Below the pieces are notes generated by a model. The model ran no database searches and was not told where the DNA came from. It worked only from the letters and a program-made list of their open reading frames with translations. Below are positions 1 through 12,489 of a DNA stretch of 64,000 nucleotides, one piece after another. The stretch lies in assembly GCA_053919585.1 (NCBI GenBank), contig CM132796.1. One strand, written 5' to 3'. The position numbers and the translations under genes were made by a program. This DNA is from Euprymna scolopes. Its lineage: Eukaryota. The first letter of the stretch is position 1; the number at the start of each line of letters is the position of its first letter.

Positions 1-126
1 CAAATCGCAAAATCTGAAACATGGATCCATGTATTATGACTGATCTCTTAACTATTTGATCAACGCTACCCCATGTAGAAATATACTCATTGCGGAGTTG
101 TTTTAGGGCAAATACAAGTACTGTGA

Positions 127-131
<5 letters not shown>

Positions 132-175
<44 letters not shown>
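132..175. repeat. (TA)n microsatellite
   Basis: Pure TA run. Confidence 0.95.
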
Positions 176-177
<2 letters not shown>

Positions 178-1854
178 TAAAACTTTCCAAAAAGGAAAAA
201 GTTATGGATCATCAATTTATTATCTATCGAAACTGCCCAACTTTATAGGAGCTAAGCCTTAATTTAATAAATTTTTATTTTTTATATTCTTAAACATTGT
301 TCGTATTTTTCTTTCCTCCTCGTTAGTATGGCATTACGTAACAATTATGACTAGAATTCCGAGCAATGTAAACTGTAAATAACAGCAATGTTATCTATCA
401 TAAAGACAGTTTTAAGAGCTCTGTCGTCGTGAATTAAATCACAAAAGGGGTTGAGCATTTTACACGAAATATGAAGTATGTAAAAAGCAAAATAATAGAC
501 GTTCGCGCAAATTTTAAGATTGTAATGATTATATCATGTAATCTAACGTATATAATCACTTCTAGTTCAATCATTTTAGTGTTTTTTTATGCACGGCGTG
601 GATGACAAATCTGATTCATTCACATATAAGAGAACTGCATTTGTTTTTATCCATTTCCATAGTGCTAAGATATATATCGATACTAGCTCAAGTGTTTTCT
701 ATACCAACTTTCTGATTTTTGATAATTCCACAGTAAATATGTGAGGTGTATTATGTTTCATCCATAATCGATATCCATGAAGAAATAACTAATATAAGAG
801 CAGAAACGAATGCGACTCGATTGCACGATGTCGGAGAATATTGGTACTGAAGTTAGACTTTTTATTTAAAGACCAAATTGTCTTAATATGCGTGCGGCTG
901 GGATTTTTGTTTTTGTTTTAGATTTTGGCATGAATTTAAAATAGTTCTTATGTCTAAATATAAATAATGAAACAAAAAATATTATTAAAGTAAATAAGTT
1001 AATCATTAAACATAAAATAATTTTTTTGTAAATAAAACACATAATGTATTCTTTTCATGTGTTAAGCAACACATAAATACTTTGATGTTGTTCAATTGAC
1101 TTACAGGAGCGCTAAAACATTGGAACATTTATTTTTTTTTTAATGTTTTATTACGCACTTTAGTTCGAAGCAATTTCTGATATCGATAAGAATACTCGAT
1201 CGAAGATACTGATAAGACATATACGGTTATTAGATAATACGTGTGAATGTAATGCCGCGGTATACACATATAGGCTTTGATATTTTGTGTTATCCTGTTT
1301 GACTCGTACTAATTGTGTTATCAAAATAATTTCAGAAATGAGAAATTGTTTCAACTGGATTTGAATTTATCAATAAACCTCATCTTGAACATTGGAAGCT
1401 CCTCCCATAATTCTATTCATTTTTCATGTTGCACAACTCCAATGATTCAATTGTTGGCGGTGGTTTCTACAATACCTTTTTTCAAGTCAGAACTATTCAT
1501 AGAAAAGCATCGGTTAATTACATGACGAACCATGTGGTGGTTGAAACATTCCCAGTGAAAATCTTTCAGTTGAATAAGCTGGATTAAAAAATCCCACATC
1601 CATGTTGATAATCACTTAAACACCGTCCTCTGCCAATTCAATAGCTGACGTTAAGATAACTAACTTACAAGACGTTAATAGAATGGCAGTGGAGAATATT
1701 TTAAGATGTATGTTTACGCAATAATTTTTTCGTTCACAGTATCCTCTGTAAGTACTATCATCCTAAATGGGCATCACAATAACCGGATATCAGCTCTTCT
1801 ACAATTTTCTGTGGGCAATATTCCTAACACAATGTCTATGTAAGCCGTAGTAGA

Positions 1855-2322
1855 TGTCCTTTTCTCTTCCTTGCAACCTCTATCTCACAGAAGTTATGCT
1901 GCGAGTTTATCTCTGCGTTATCGCTATTTTCATGGCAAGTGCTCGACTGAGCTTCAATTTATGGCACCCCTCGCCAAACTTTTACAAGAAACACTCGTCT
2001 AGCTGAAAACACTATCAATAATTCTCTCCACTCTTTATCCGTGCCTAAACCTAAACGTAGATTCCATGAACAAACTTCTTCCTTAGAACTGCATGCCTGT
2101 GGAATTGTCTTCCGTTTCCCTGCCTTCCAGCTGACTACAATATAGATGCCTTGAAGTCCAACGTAAACAAGTTCTTGATGAGCCGTTCCACTTAAGTTAA
2201 CAAATTTACCGAATTTCCATTACTAACGATTACTATATTGTCCAATTGACTACTGTACACTCTTAACCCTTATCCTCAAGTTGTCTCTGGCCTTGGTAAG
2301 TGGTAATGCCTCTGTAAAAAAA
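1855..2322 (+). mobile_element. 3' fragment of CR1-group LINE
   Basis: Translates in part to PLSHR...YRYFHGKCSTEL. Tail 'ggccttggtaagtggtaatgcctctgtaaaaaaa' resembles the 3' ends at 14850-14883 and 48001-48040. Confidence 0.8.
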
Positions 2323-2976
2323 TACTAGATTGCTCCTGAATCGGAGAAAATATCGAAGTCGAAATTAGATCTAAAATAGGAGATATTGACAATGCTGCAC
2401 GTCATATTAAGGTGTGCTGATAAGAATGTGATAAAAGAAAGACAGATAAGCAAATGATAGCTGATAGACAAGTAATGTATACAGTAAGGTTCATTTTTTA
2501 TTGAGTATCTTTGGCTTACAGAAAAGTGTGAGAAATAATATGCTTTTATGCAAGAGAATAACAAAATTGTTATAGAATGATTTCATAAATACGGATTACT
2601 TCATTAAATTTTCATAAGTCATAATAAATTTGATGACTTAAAGATACTGTGATAATTCAATATAAAACTTAAGTAGTTTCTTATTCTTTACAAACAATAC
2701 ACGAAACAAAAAAAAACTAATCTAAGAAACTCCGAGAAACATCAGTAAAATGTATACAACTATTAAGCCTACTAAAATTGGCTAAAGTGCACGTATGTTT
2801 ATGTAGATATATTAAAAAATTACCTTTTCTGCAGCACGGTCTCTACAAAAAACATGTACATTTTTTATCTATACAGTTAAAACTCAATATATGTGGTATT
2901 CAGATATTTTAAACAAAATCGCTTTGGTTATTGGTCGAAATGCATACAGCTGCGAACGGTTCAAAATGATCTACAC

Positions 2977-2977
<1 letters not shown>

Positions 2978-3036
<59 letters not shown>
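2978..3036. repeat. (TA)n microsatellite
   Basis: Pure TA run abutting the HHR palindrome. Confidence 0.95.
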
Positions 3037-3040
<4 letters not shown>

Positions 3041-3097
3041 TTCCACAGCCAAACAACGTCGCAGCTCACAAGAGCAATGACAGTCAACGAACCGGAA

Positions 3098-3142
3098 GTC
3101 CAAGACTCGAGTTTCGCCCTCATTTGGGCTCATCAGTTAGAC
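3098..3142 (-). ncRNA. Minimal type I hammerhead ribozyme
   Basis: Minus strand reads GUCUAA-CUGAUGA-GCCC AAAUGA GGGC-GAAAC-UCGA-GUC^UUGGAC. Intact core, 6-bp stem I, 4-bp stem II, palindromic stem III. Confidence 0.88.
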
Positions 3143-3200
3143 ACATCCGAACTCAGGATTCGAAACCGAGGCTCGGGGTTCGAATCCTGAGTTCGGATGA

Positions 3201-3246
3201 GTCTAACTGATGAGCCCAAATGAGGGGCGAAACTCGAGTCTTGGAC
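3201..3246 (+). ncRNA. Minimal type I hammerhead ribozyme
   Basis: GUCUAA-CUGAUGA-GCCC AAAUGAG GGGC-GAAAC-UCGA-GUC^UUGGAC. Predicted cleavage after 3240. Confidence 0.88.
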
Positions 3247-3349
3247 TTCCGGTTCGTTGACTGTCATGGCTCTTGTGAATCTGCGACGTTGTTTGGCTGT
3301 GGAATTTATTATACAATCTCTCATATTCTGATAATCATATATATATGCG

Positions 3350-5536
3350 CGTACTCAAAACAACGAGGTATTACAAAAAGGCTGATTGGGAAGCCATCAG
3401 GTAACTCATCAGAGATGCCCCATGGCAAAATATATTTACTCTTCCAGTGGAACAGTGTGCAAATGAGACAACTGAATAGTTCCAAACTGCAATTGAAGCA
3501 CATGTTCCCGCACGGAAATTCTATTGCAAGTCCCACTCTCCCCAATGGTTTACTTCTGCTTGTGCAGCTGCCATTTGTTCCGCAGATTCAACCGACATAA
3601 GTCCATCTCAAATAAACAGAAGTAGATAGCAGCTAGAAATAATTGTAAGAGAGTGATAGAGACAGCTAAGTCAAATTACTCTGAAGCCACCAGAAAACGC
3701 ATCGAAGCACAGAAATTAGGAACCTGGGATTTTTGGAAAATATACAACAGCGTAGTAAATAATGGACAGTCAACTATTCCCCCACTATCAAACAATCATG
3801 AGGTTGCTTGCACGGCAACTGTCAAGACTTATCTGCTTGCCAGTCAGTTAGCCTCAAACTCCACACTGAACTCAGTACACCACTCACTCCCTGATTTTCC
3901 TCTGCGAACAGACGCCACACTAGACGATTTTAAAATCACCCCTTCTCAGGAACATGCTATTATAAAAAACCTAGACACCTCAAAAGCATGTGGACCAGAT
4001 CTCATCCCAGCTGTGCTATTAAAAAAATGCTCTACCGAGGTTGCTCCAGTTCTCTCCAAACTTTACAATAAGTGCCTTAACGAATCTTGCTTTCCCGACT
4101 GCTGGAAAATCGCCTCTGTGGTAACAGTCTTCAAGAATTTTAGTGAATGAACTGACTCACTAAATTATCGCCTCATTAGCCTCCTCCCGCTTTTCGCCAA
4201 AATATTTGAGTCATTAGTTAATCAAGCCCTAGTTTAGCACCTAACAGCTGCTAAACTCCTGACTGACAAACAATATGGATTCAGGCAAGCCCGTTCAACA
4301 GCAGATATCTTAACTGTAGTTTCTGAACGTATATACTGTTCAGTGGACAAAACAGGGAAGGGTAGAGCGGTAGCCCTCGATATATCTAAGGCTTTCGACA
4401 GGGTATGGCACGATGGTCTTCTAAGGAATATTAGATCATATGGAATCACTGGAAGAATTCATAATGTAATTAAATCCTTCTTAAGTAAGAGAAAAATCCA
4501 AGTTGTCGTCGACGGTCGTACATCTAAACAATATGACAAATGCGGGAGTATCTCGGGGGTCTATCATTAGACCTCTATTATTCCTGATATTCATAAATGA
4601 CCTCCCTGATGAAAGTGTATCGGAGGTGGGTATATTTGCCGATGACACCACTCTCTATAACAGATATGAGGGGAAAACAAATGAACACATATCCAAGGAA
4701 ATGGAAGAAACACTAGAAGATGACCTCCAATCTGTAGTGGAATGGGGACAAAAATGGATGGTCACATTCAATGCTGCTAAGGCTAAGCTTGTTTCCTTCA
4801 ATAACTACAAGAAACCTTCTCTACCACCTATAGCAATGGCCAAGAACACATAGCCTGAAAGTACTTCTTTTAAACTCCTCGGCCTAACGTTTACAGGGAA
4901 TATGAACTGGAATAGATACATTGAGAGCATTGCTAAGTCTGCTGCAAGGAATGTTGGCTCCCTCTATCGTGCTAGAAAATTAATTACGCCTGAAAGTATC
5001 CTGTACCTCTATAAGGCCACCATTCACCCATGTATGAACTACTGTGTTCACATCTGGGCTGGTGCATCTGCTGCTTGTCTCTCGCTCCTGGACAGGGTTC
5101 AAAAGAGAGTCGCCAACCTGATAGGTCCTGAACTGTCATCTAGGCTTCAGCCTCTGTCCCATCGACGAGATGTTGCATCCGTCTGCCTGTTCTACAGATA
5201 CTTTAACTTTGAATGCTCTGGCGAACTGCAAACACTTGTACCTCCCCGACGTAATTACCCCCGACAAACCCGACAAGCTAGTCTCATCCCTTTACCGTAG
5301 AGATCCCTAGGTTCAAGAAAGCCTTTTATTCCAATAGTTTCTTCCCCAGAACTGCAAGTCTTTGGAACTCCCTTCCGGGATCTTTACCAACTGTACTGAC
5401 ATGCAGAAAATCAAATGTAATGTGAACAAACATCTTTCTACTCATCTCCCTTCATAATGCCCCTGCAAATTAAGTCCCTGATAGTAGCCCCCTACTTCAA
5501 AGTGGCACTGTGCCTTGTTTGGGGTGAAAATTGAAT
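3350..5536 (+). mobile_element. 5'-truncated CR1-group LINE (reverse transcriptase, disrupted)
   Basis: ORFs 3653-5300 contain RT motifs KACGPD, ALDISKAFDRVWH, LFLIFINDL, FADDT and LYLYKATIHPCMNYC. Stops and frameshifts present; ends at a (TA)n tract. Confidence 0.93.
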
Positions 5537-5561
5537 TATATATATATATATATATATTAAT

Positions 5562-5735
5562 AAATTCCACAGCCAAACAATGTCGCAGCCCACAAGAGCC
5601 ATGACGGTCAACGAACCGGAAGTCCAAGACGCGCGTTTCGTCCTCATTTGAGGCTCATCAGTTAGACACATCCGAACTCATGATTCAAAACCCGATCCTC
5701 TTGGATGCGAAGCCAGCACTCTACGAACTTAGCAG
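5562..5735 (-). mobile_element. tRNA-headed, HHR-tailed SINE-like element (family A)
   Basis: Minus strand: GCTAAGTTCGTAGAGTG (A-box/D-arm-like), CTGGCTTCGCATCCAAG (anticodon-arm-like), TCGGGTTTTGAATCATGA (T-arm/B-box), then HHR and a tail similar to the 3038-3307 arms, ending at (TA)n. Confidence 0.78.
5622..5667 (-). ncRNA. Minimal type I hammerhead ribozyme
   Basis: GUCUAA-CUGAUGA-GCCUC AAAU GAGGAC-GAAAC-GCGC-GUC^UUGGAC. Stem II has one bulged A. Confidence 0.82.
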
Positions 5736-6635
5736 AGCGCTAGAGAGCTAAATATTTTAGTTTGGATTCTCTAATGGCACTCAAGTTGTATTTTTCAAAC
5801 TTAATATAATTATTTATTGGATATAATATAATGATCGATGACGTATTGCCTACATAATAATACCTTGGAAATTTACACTGATTAAAATATATTTAACTGA
5901 ATGTTACGACTGACGATGTTGGGCGGCGTTCTAGTATAATAAAAAAAATTACAGAAATTGAGTGAAAATTTTAAGATACAGTGTTTACTTATCCAGAGAA
6001 TATCAAACAAGGAATTATAATAAATAGGGGATTTTCTTTATAAGCCCTTTTAGAATTTTGATGTATTAATAAAGGTATTTTATTGTTTTTTTTTTAAATT
6101 TTATCTTATGTTATTAATTGTTAAATCTAGTATATTGTGCTTCCTATTATCCTGATAGGTTATAATTTTAGATAATATTTACTTTAATCTTTTTAATATC
6201 TTAAATATTTATAAATATAATATATCCCACTAGTCTGAAACAAAATTAGCCAGTAAAATAGCATAATTCTTCCTAGTAAATGGTAAAGAAAAAGCAAATA
6301 GCAAGTAAGACAACCGCTTCTTTCTTAAATATTAAACATTAAATTACTGACAAATTATAGGATTTTATGGAAATATGTTTGAGCGCTGTTGAAGCATAGT
6401 TTTTCCATGCCATTTCTAAAGGTGTGCCTTAACATTTTGCAGGCTATTAAATCTTATTTATATTATCAAATTATTTCACAAAAAAAAATACGGAACCAAA
6501 TGATTACAATCGACTCATACGAATTGTGTTATCAAAATAATTACATGAATGTTAAAATGGGTTACGTTTATTCTAAAACAACCCTATACTAAGAAGACGG
6601 TTACATTTCTTAATTTTTAGATGAGTATTTTTTCA

Positions 6636-7110
6636 GATATTCAGACTTCTGGTCTTAGCCTGGCTGTTATTTGCATAACTTTTCTGGTCAGTGTAAGGCC
6701 TGGACTTCTGCAGGTGGGCTTTGTCGAACTCTGGGCATCTGCAGAAAATTTCGAATTGAACCCTTTATTACATGGAGTAGGACCCTCTTATTCCACCGGA
6801 CATGAGAATAACTGAATATCTCAAATGATTCGGAATTGTATTCTTGGTATAATCTGTACTGAGGATTGAACCTGCAATATCCAGAAGAGCGTAACGAACA
6901 ACTTGATTTATCAAGTTCTTTAGTTGTTACGCCACGGATCCTTGATGTCCCGACTTGCACCGATAGCATTTTATAATCATGGATTGGATAAAGATTTATG
7001 TTCGAAATTCCGTGCGTATTTCAGTTTGATAAGATACCCCAAAAGAAGGTTTCGGCTTACATCAACTGGAACGTTGTAAAAATAACACGCAGGATGAATG
7101 CGAATAATAA
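6636..7110. mobile_element. Old foldback pair of tRNA-headed SINE-like units (family C)
   Basis: Left arm ~6636-6770 is an imperfect inverted repeat of ~6995-7090. Minus-strand A-box-like CCGTGGCGTAAC (starts 6937) and B-box GCAGGTTCAATCC (6863-6875). Confidence 0.6.
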
Positions 7111-7924
7111 ACATGGTGGTTAGTTTAAGTCCTTGGGCTTACATGCACTTGTGAAATTGAACTGCTTATACAACCCCAATAAGTACTTCCTCTTCAGCTG
7201 TCTGACCGGAAATATAAGATCGTTTATTTGTATGCATGATTTTCATTTCCATTTTATTTTCTATTTTAATCGAGATCGTTGTAGCAGCAGTATCGCGAGA
7301 CGGGTTTGAACTATTGCTTATTCAATGTTTTCTTTTTTCATTAATAAAAAATCGTTTACTTCGTGATGATGATGACTGACTTTTTGTTGCCGGCATGTCT
7401 GAGCAGGTCTTTTCAGTTGAACATCGGAAATCATGCGGCGAAACACACCAAGGAAAGAATGGCTGCAACCTCACCCGTCTTATTACAAGCGTTGCACTTA
7501 ATAAACTGTTTGACTGAAAGACACGATGGATTAGTTTTATGTAAAGCAAATTAACTTTCCTGTCTAATCATGTTTCGTACAGATTCACGTCCTGAATGTA
7601 TGATTGTGTCAATGTTACTGATTGTAGAATAACAATCCCGTTGATCGAAGCTTCCCAAGCTGCTGGCAATATAAATTGGATATATTTGTGGTACAATTAT
7701 ATCAATCTGTTGACTGATTACACATTAATACAGCTATCATCTAAAATTATCATGTCAAGATATCTGAAATGTTTGAACCTAAATAGAATTTAATCAGCAT
7801 ACCGAATTTGGAACATAACTTTTCAGCTTTTATTTTAAAACTTTATTGGTACTATACTCGTGTAAATTTTTAAGTCCAACAAAACGGCTAATAGTACATT
7901 TTTTATTGGTAAAACGCATGGTTT

Positions 7925-8590
7925 TAATTGTTCGAACTGTTTTTATCTGGAGTGTTATTTTCAGTCTCCGCCAATGCAAACTTAAACCTTCTTTAGATGT
8001 ATCTTGTCGAAGTCTGACTATTTTATATATTCATATATAATATTTATATATCGAAGTCTGAATATTAAACACTTTGGAATCTTTCTTTCAAACTCTGGAA
8101 TCTTTCTTTCGAATTCCGGAATCTTTCTCTCTATCCCTGGACTTTTCCTCTCGAATTCTAGAATATGCACAGAATTTCAAATGGAAACCATTATTTAATC
8201 TTCGAGAGCAGCATGCTCTCTATTTGTCAGTCATGCACTAAATAATTCGCAATTATATTCTGGGTATCGTCCGATCTATTCAATATTAACCCTTCAGAAA
8301 GTATCACTGTTAAAATTCAATTATAATAGTACAATCTTAACGACGGGCGATACTCATAGTACAAATGCAGATTACTAAATAGTTTATCCGGTCATGTCAT
8401 ACGAAACGGGAATATGCAAGACACGTGGATTAAATAAAATGTTACTGTTAAAATTATCTGCTGATCCCCGGTTCGACAGAAAGATTTAATAGTTTGGATA
8501 AATGCACATGAAGTTCGACGATTACTTAGGCCGGACCTTTTATGGAAGTAAAAACTACAGATGAGAACAGTAGCCCGAACAATCCAAATA
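7925..8590. mobile_element. Highly decayed foldback copy of family C with internal 21-bp tandem expansion (~8073-8163)
   Basis: Shares 'gtatcttgtcgaa', 'gagcagcatgctct' and 'gatgagaac' landmarks with 28862-29400. About 4 units of 'ctggaatctttctttcgaatt'. Confidence 0.5.
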
Positions 8591-11500
8591 ATCCGAACAT
8601 TTTTCAGGTATGATCGAAAAGTGAAGTCAACAAGAGAAATAACTCATACTTATCATGAATCATTTCTCTTGCAAGTAAAACTCTTTTCTGTAAGTTAGAA
8701 AAGAACGATACTAACAGAAATGGTGGTTTGCGGCGTAACAGATATGCAAAAGATTAAACGCCGCTGTTTTTCCTTCATTTCCCGACAGTCCAAGCATATT
8801 TTAATTTCGTAACTTACGAAGCGAAAACTGAGAAATCGCATTTTTTAAGAGCAATATATTTGAACCTTGAAAACATTGTTTCGTATTCGAGTAATACTTT
8901 AGAAATTAGAAGTCCAATAACCATGTGCATTTCTTACGATTGAATTATTTTTCTTGAATAACAAACTTTACCATTTAAAACAATTATATTTTTTATCTTC
9001 GAGGGGAAAATGATTTACAAAAAAATGTCAGGACTTGAACAAGACTGTCTTATAAGTCGAAAGCTAATTTATTATTTTGAGATAAATTATTTCAGAACAA
9101 AAACACATCTGTATATAGCTTTATATTTTAATGACAGCTGTAGTTTCGCTTCCTACACTGCTCTGTTGATTCAAGGTAGAGGGAATATATAAGGCATTAT
9201 CGCATGTAAAACGTGAATAACGTCATTTTAAAAAAATCATGATGTGATCACTGGAAAAAGTGTTTTTGTTAAAGATGCAAACACACAAAAAACGTGTTTT
9301 ACACGATGCTATAGGAATATTTTTACATGGAAAATAAACCTATAGTCGAAATCTAAATTTAATATATTCGTGTTTTTGAGTTGTTTCGTATATAATTATT
9401 CGTCGTGATACAATCCTTCTAGATATTATCCCTCTTTTCGGATGGGTCAGTGTAATATATATTCGCTTTCATTATACAATTCCTCTTTAATATTGATTGT
9501 AGGACTATACTAGCAATATTAATAATACTGGTAAGGATGACGTTAGTAATAACGATGCCAATAACTATAAGAGTGGTGCCGATAATGATAACAATAATCA
9601 TGACGATGAACAGTTCTTATTAAAAAATCTCAATTCTGTAATAGAACAATTTCGTAATAAAATACCTATCAAGCATTTAGTAAAATATCAGTTTCTGTCT
9701 GATCAATTCAGACACGCAAATCAGGATTCTGCGAACTCTGCCAGGAAATCGGTGACCTTTCCTGGTTAATATCTCCAAAATGTTAATCTTTCCTGTCGCA
9801 CGACTCGAAAAAGGTCACGTTAAGAGGAAAGCGGTATTTAAAAATAAATCTTTCGAAAATAAAACTCTTATTTCCGAAAAATTGACGTCTGTGTGACAGT
9901 TTCGTTTTCCTGAGCGGTTCGCTCTTTACTCAGGATATGTTTAAGTGATCAGTGCCGTGATGTGAACTATAAATAAGAGCTGGGGAAAATGCCATCAGAT
10001 TCGACATTCATGCATAAAAAATAAGAAATCGAAAGGGATCTTCATACATAAAAAATGACTCGAGTATTTCTGAAAAATCTGTTTGACGTCTTAAAGATTA
10101 CGGTGAGTTTGGTATAAAAAAGATTCCCATAATAAATCTGTTAAAGAATCAGTAATTCTTTACTTATTGGGCTTTAAACTGAAATATACCTAGTTCCCGA
10201 TATCTAAGAATTCATAACATTAATTTATAATTTGATATAACTTTCAAATTATGACATTAAGATTTCAGCAAGGTTTGTGAGTTGTGCAATGAAATATCTC
10301 GATACAATTTGCGAGTTATACTCTGAATTTTTTCAAAACTATTTTCAAATTTATAGCGTATACAAAATTAAAACTTACACGGTCGTCTGTAATCAATATT
10401 TTAGTTAAAACTGCGTTAATATTTTTATTTAATGTATTTAGTTTTAGTAGAAAGTCAACCATTTTTTAAAAATAAAGTTCTATTTTACTATGCATTTCAT
10501 ATGTGTATATGTATAACTGAAACGATTACGCCAATGCCACACTTAACTGGGGTTTTCTACCCCTTTTGAAAATGATCTTACTATCACCTGTTTTCTGTTT
10601 TGAGCAAAAGCCTAGTCTCCTATTCGTCCGAATGTTGTCTTTTATCCTTTTGAAGTCTCTGTAATTCTCGCGGTTGGTCTCGCCTTATTTCCAATAAAAC
10701 CAATCACTTCTCTTTCAGCCAGCTCCCGCGTGTCAAAAGCAGACAGAATAGCCCATCTGTCTTTTAGAGGTGAGTGCGTTAGAAGAATTGCTATTACACC
10801 CTCCCTGACCTATAACCCATCTGTTAGATTTACGAATGTGGATAAAATTGCATTAATATAGTGTTATATCACAAGATAAAACACAACTGAATAGGCCTAA
10901 TTAAAGGTGATATATTCAATATAGTCCATAATTGTGATTGGAATAAATGGTGCTGTTATGAAGCACATTCATCTTAGGTATGGAATATCATTGCATGAAT
11001 ATTTGCAAAACGGAAATGCATATTCATAAATAGGAAGAGAAAGTTATATGCATTTTAGCAACTTGCTTAATTATTTTCCCTTTTGGTAAAACATAATGGA
11101 TGTGTGTTTTCAGCGTGCTCGCGTCTGGTAAAATGGTATACAAAATTGTCCGCATTTCCACGTATAACGCTAAGAACACGTGGCGCTATGCTCACCAGTT
11201 TCCTCAAGCTGTGAGTCTCATAAATCAGCAAGGTCTATCATCGGACCGATTATACTACTTTTATTAGAAATACATTTTGTTGTCCAACTTAATGGCCGAA
11301 TACTTCGGCAATATTAACAAGCTAATACTCTTAATACAGGTTGTTTACATTTAGGACACCTTATATTACGCGTGTCCTCATCGTATAACTGTACCTGTGG
11401 CCTATAATTAGAAGTGAGAATAGCTGGAGCTTTTCCATAATGTGTGTCGATGAACATGGGTATGTATCCCATTATTATAGAAGCAGGAATGGTACTCATA

Positions 11501-12489
11501 AACAAGTACGTGTAGTCGAAAGGTGACCTCATTCTATCTGAACTGTTAGCGATATTTTTGTTTGGGTGTTATGTGTACTACAATAGAATCCCAGGATAGA
11601 GCATTAAAAATTAGTAACAAAATAAAATACAGTATATAATACATATGTATATAATCAAATAACATTATAAATAACACCGCTAGGAGGGCAAATGCCGTAA
11701 GCAGGGACCGGAAAAACCTCGTATTTCACATCGTAACCTGAAAGAAAAGCGTATGCTAGGTCTACTGTATCTCGGGTGTCTATTGTATTTATAAAACACT
11801 TTCTAGTTATTAAATGCCGATTCACGCAATTCTCGATGCCATTTTTATGCTTCAAGTTCTTTATGTATTCAAATATTTATTTGTAGTGTTTGGTTTGGTT
11901 TGTGGAGTGGAAATAACTGTTTTCTTTTGGGCATTCCAAAAATTGCAGTTTTGCAAAGGGAAATGAAAAATAATATTATGTTTGGAACATTTTCAGTAAT
12001 GAAAACGGTACTTCAGAGAGACTGATTTGGTCGCAACAGAGCTATCAGGGCTACAATTGCAATTTTACACTTGATTGTTCTAAACCGGGGAAAGTTAAAC
12101 GCATCAATGAAAATAGCTTTATTAGACTGAAAAAAGGGGAATTATTGAAATCGGGAATGAACACAGTGTGATTAAAAATGTATCTACTAGGAATGAGTTA
12201 TAGATGATTAATGCTAATTTGTTATACATTGAACTAGAATAATATTCATGGGGGAAATAATGTACATTTTTTTTTGTATTGAGCAAAATATATCCAACAG
12301 CCGAAAAAGAGATGGCGTAAGGTTTAATGTGACACAAGTGTAAATTGAGAAAGTAATTACTGTTGAAAATTCAACAATTCTACACAAGCAATCAAATAAG
12401 GACTGTTAAAGATTTTCTATCGTTTTGATGTACATTAAGAGAAATCTAAAGATTGTGCCTGAAAACACAAGCTCAATATAAATTTTTAA

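Larger units (their letters stand above)
3038..3307. mobile_element. Head-to-head inverted pair of HHR-bearing short elements (family A), ~270-bp near-perfect palindrome
   Basis: 3038-3170 is the reverse complement of 3172-3307 with a few mismatches. The centre carries a B-box (GGTTCGAATCC) and each arm carries an HHR core. Confidence 0.85.

Noticed and set aside
1330-1640. Possible Tc1-like transposase C-terminal relic on the minus strand (KKVL.KPPPTIESL)
   Set aside because: Too decayed to support
2891-3324. ORFs with IYIYIY runs
   Set aside because: Artefacts of (TA)n and the palindrome; the same applies to other YI-repeat ORFs and N-spanning ORFs
10510-10798. Solo LTR-like segment (TG...CA)
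   Set aside because: No TSD or second copy visible. Similar unassigned blocks at ~20.5, ~23.9 and ~58.2 kb are also left uncalled.
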